Origin: Balanoglossus misakiensis
Taxonomy: Eukaryota > Animalia > Hemichordata
Assembly: GCA_040954595.2 (NCBI GenBank)
Contig: CM082584.2
Span: 13,571,337-13,635,336, forward strand
DNA length: 64,000 bases
Reading direction: 5' to 3'
In this document: positions 63,813 through 64,000 of the stretch, piece by piece
Layout: every line of letters starts with the position of its first letter
Numbering within the stretch: position 1 is the stretch's first letter
Notes under the pieces: model-generated
What the model was told of the DNA's origin: nothing
Databases searched by the model: none
The model's input: only the letters and a program-made list of their open reading frames with translations
Position numbers and translations under genes: made by a program

Positions 63813-64000
63813 ATTGATGAGGCCACAGAGAAAATGATCTCAGTGTTTTGACATCCTGTAGGCAGCATGCTGGAAGAATAACGCTGATGAAAAGATTATA
63901 TGTTGATTATTGTAATAGAAACCAGGATATAAAAATTCCAAAATGGTGCAGATTTGAAATGAGTATTGGGGACATAAATAAATTTTTGTGTTCATTTATT

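Noticed and set aside
1-64000. Most other 60-125 aa ORFs in the supplied track; CRISPR or other prokaryotic systems
   Set aside because: The ORFs are antisense or out-of-frame shadows of real exons, or intronic noise. The DNA is spliceosomal-intron-rich eukaryotic sequence with no repeat-spacer array.

Overview
Eukaryotic, intron-rich, AT-rich genomic DNA from an invertebrate metazoan; the species cannot be determined from the sequence. Manual splicing at GT/GC-AG sites with phase checks gives seven protein-coding genes. (1) The 5' part of a pancreatic-lipase-family gene (-, runs off the window start). (2) An uncharacterised 308-aa signal-peptide, Cys-rich, probably GPI-anchored protein (+). 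(3) Transmembrane prolyl 4-hydroxylase P4HTM (-, 491 aa, with a 17-kb first intron). (4) RAD17 (+, ~690 aa, one GC-AG intron), head-to-head with P4HTM. (5) A single-exon C2H2 zinc-finger protein with an Ikaros/hunchback-type C-terminal finger pair (+). (6) A ~1028-aa MGCGSS-DUF4062-NACHT-TPR protein of the TEP1/NPHP3-like group (+, 24 exons) with an RFX X-box upstream. (7) CZIB/C1orf123 (+, 160 aa). Also present are several MITEs, microsatellites and candidate regulatory motifs. The best leads are the acylated, X-box-associated STAND NTPase, CpG-retaining base-paired islands in RAD17 and P4HTM introns, a splice-site-duplicating repeat in P4HTM intron 9, and an apparent mosaic CpG-depletion pattern. 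No tRNA, rRNA, CRISPR array or autonomous transposon was recognised. All calls are by eye, without database searches.
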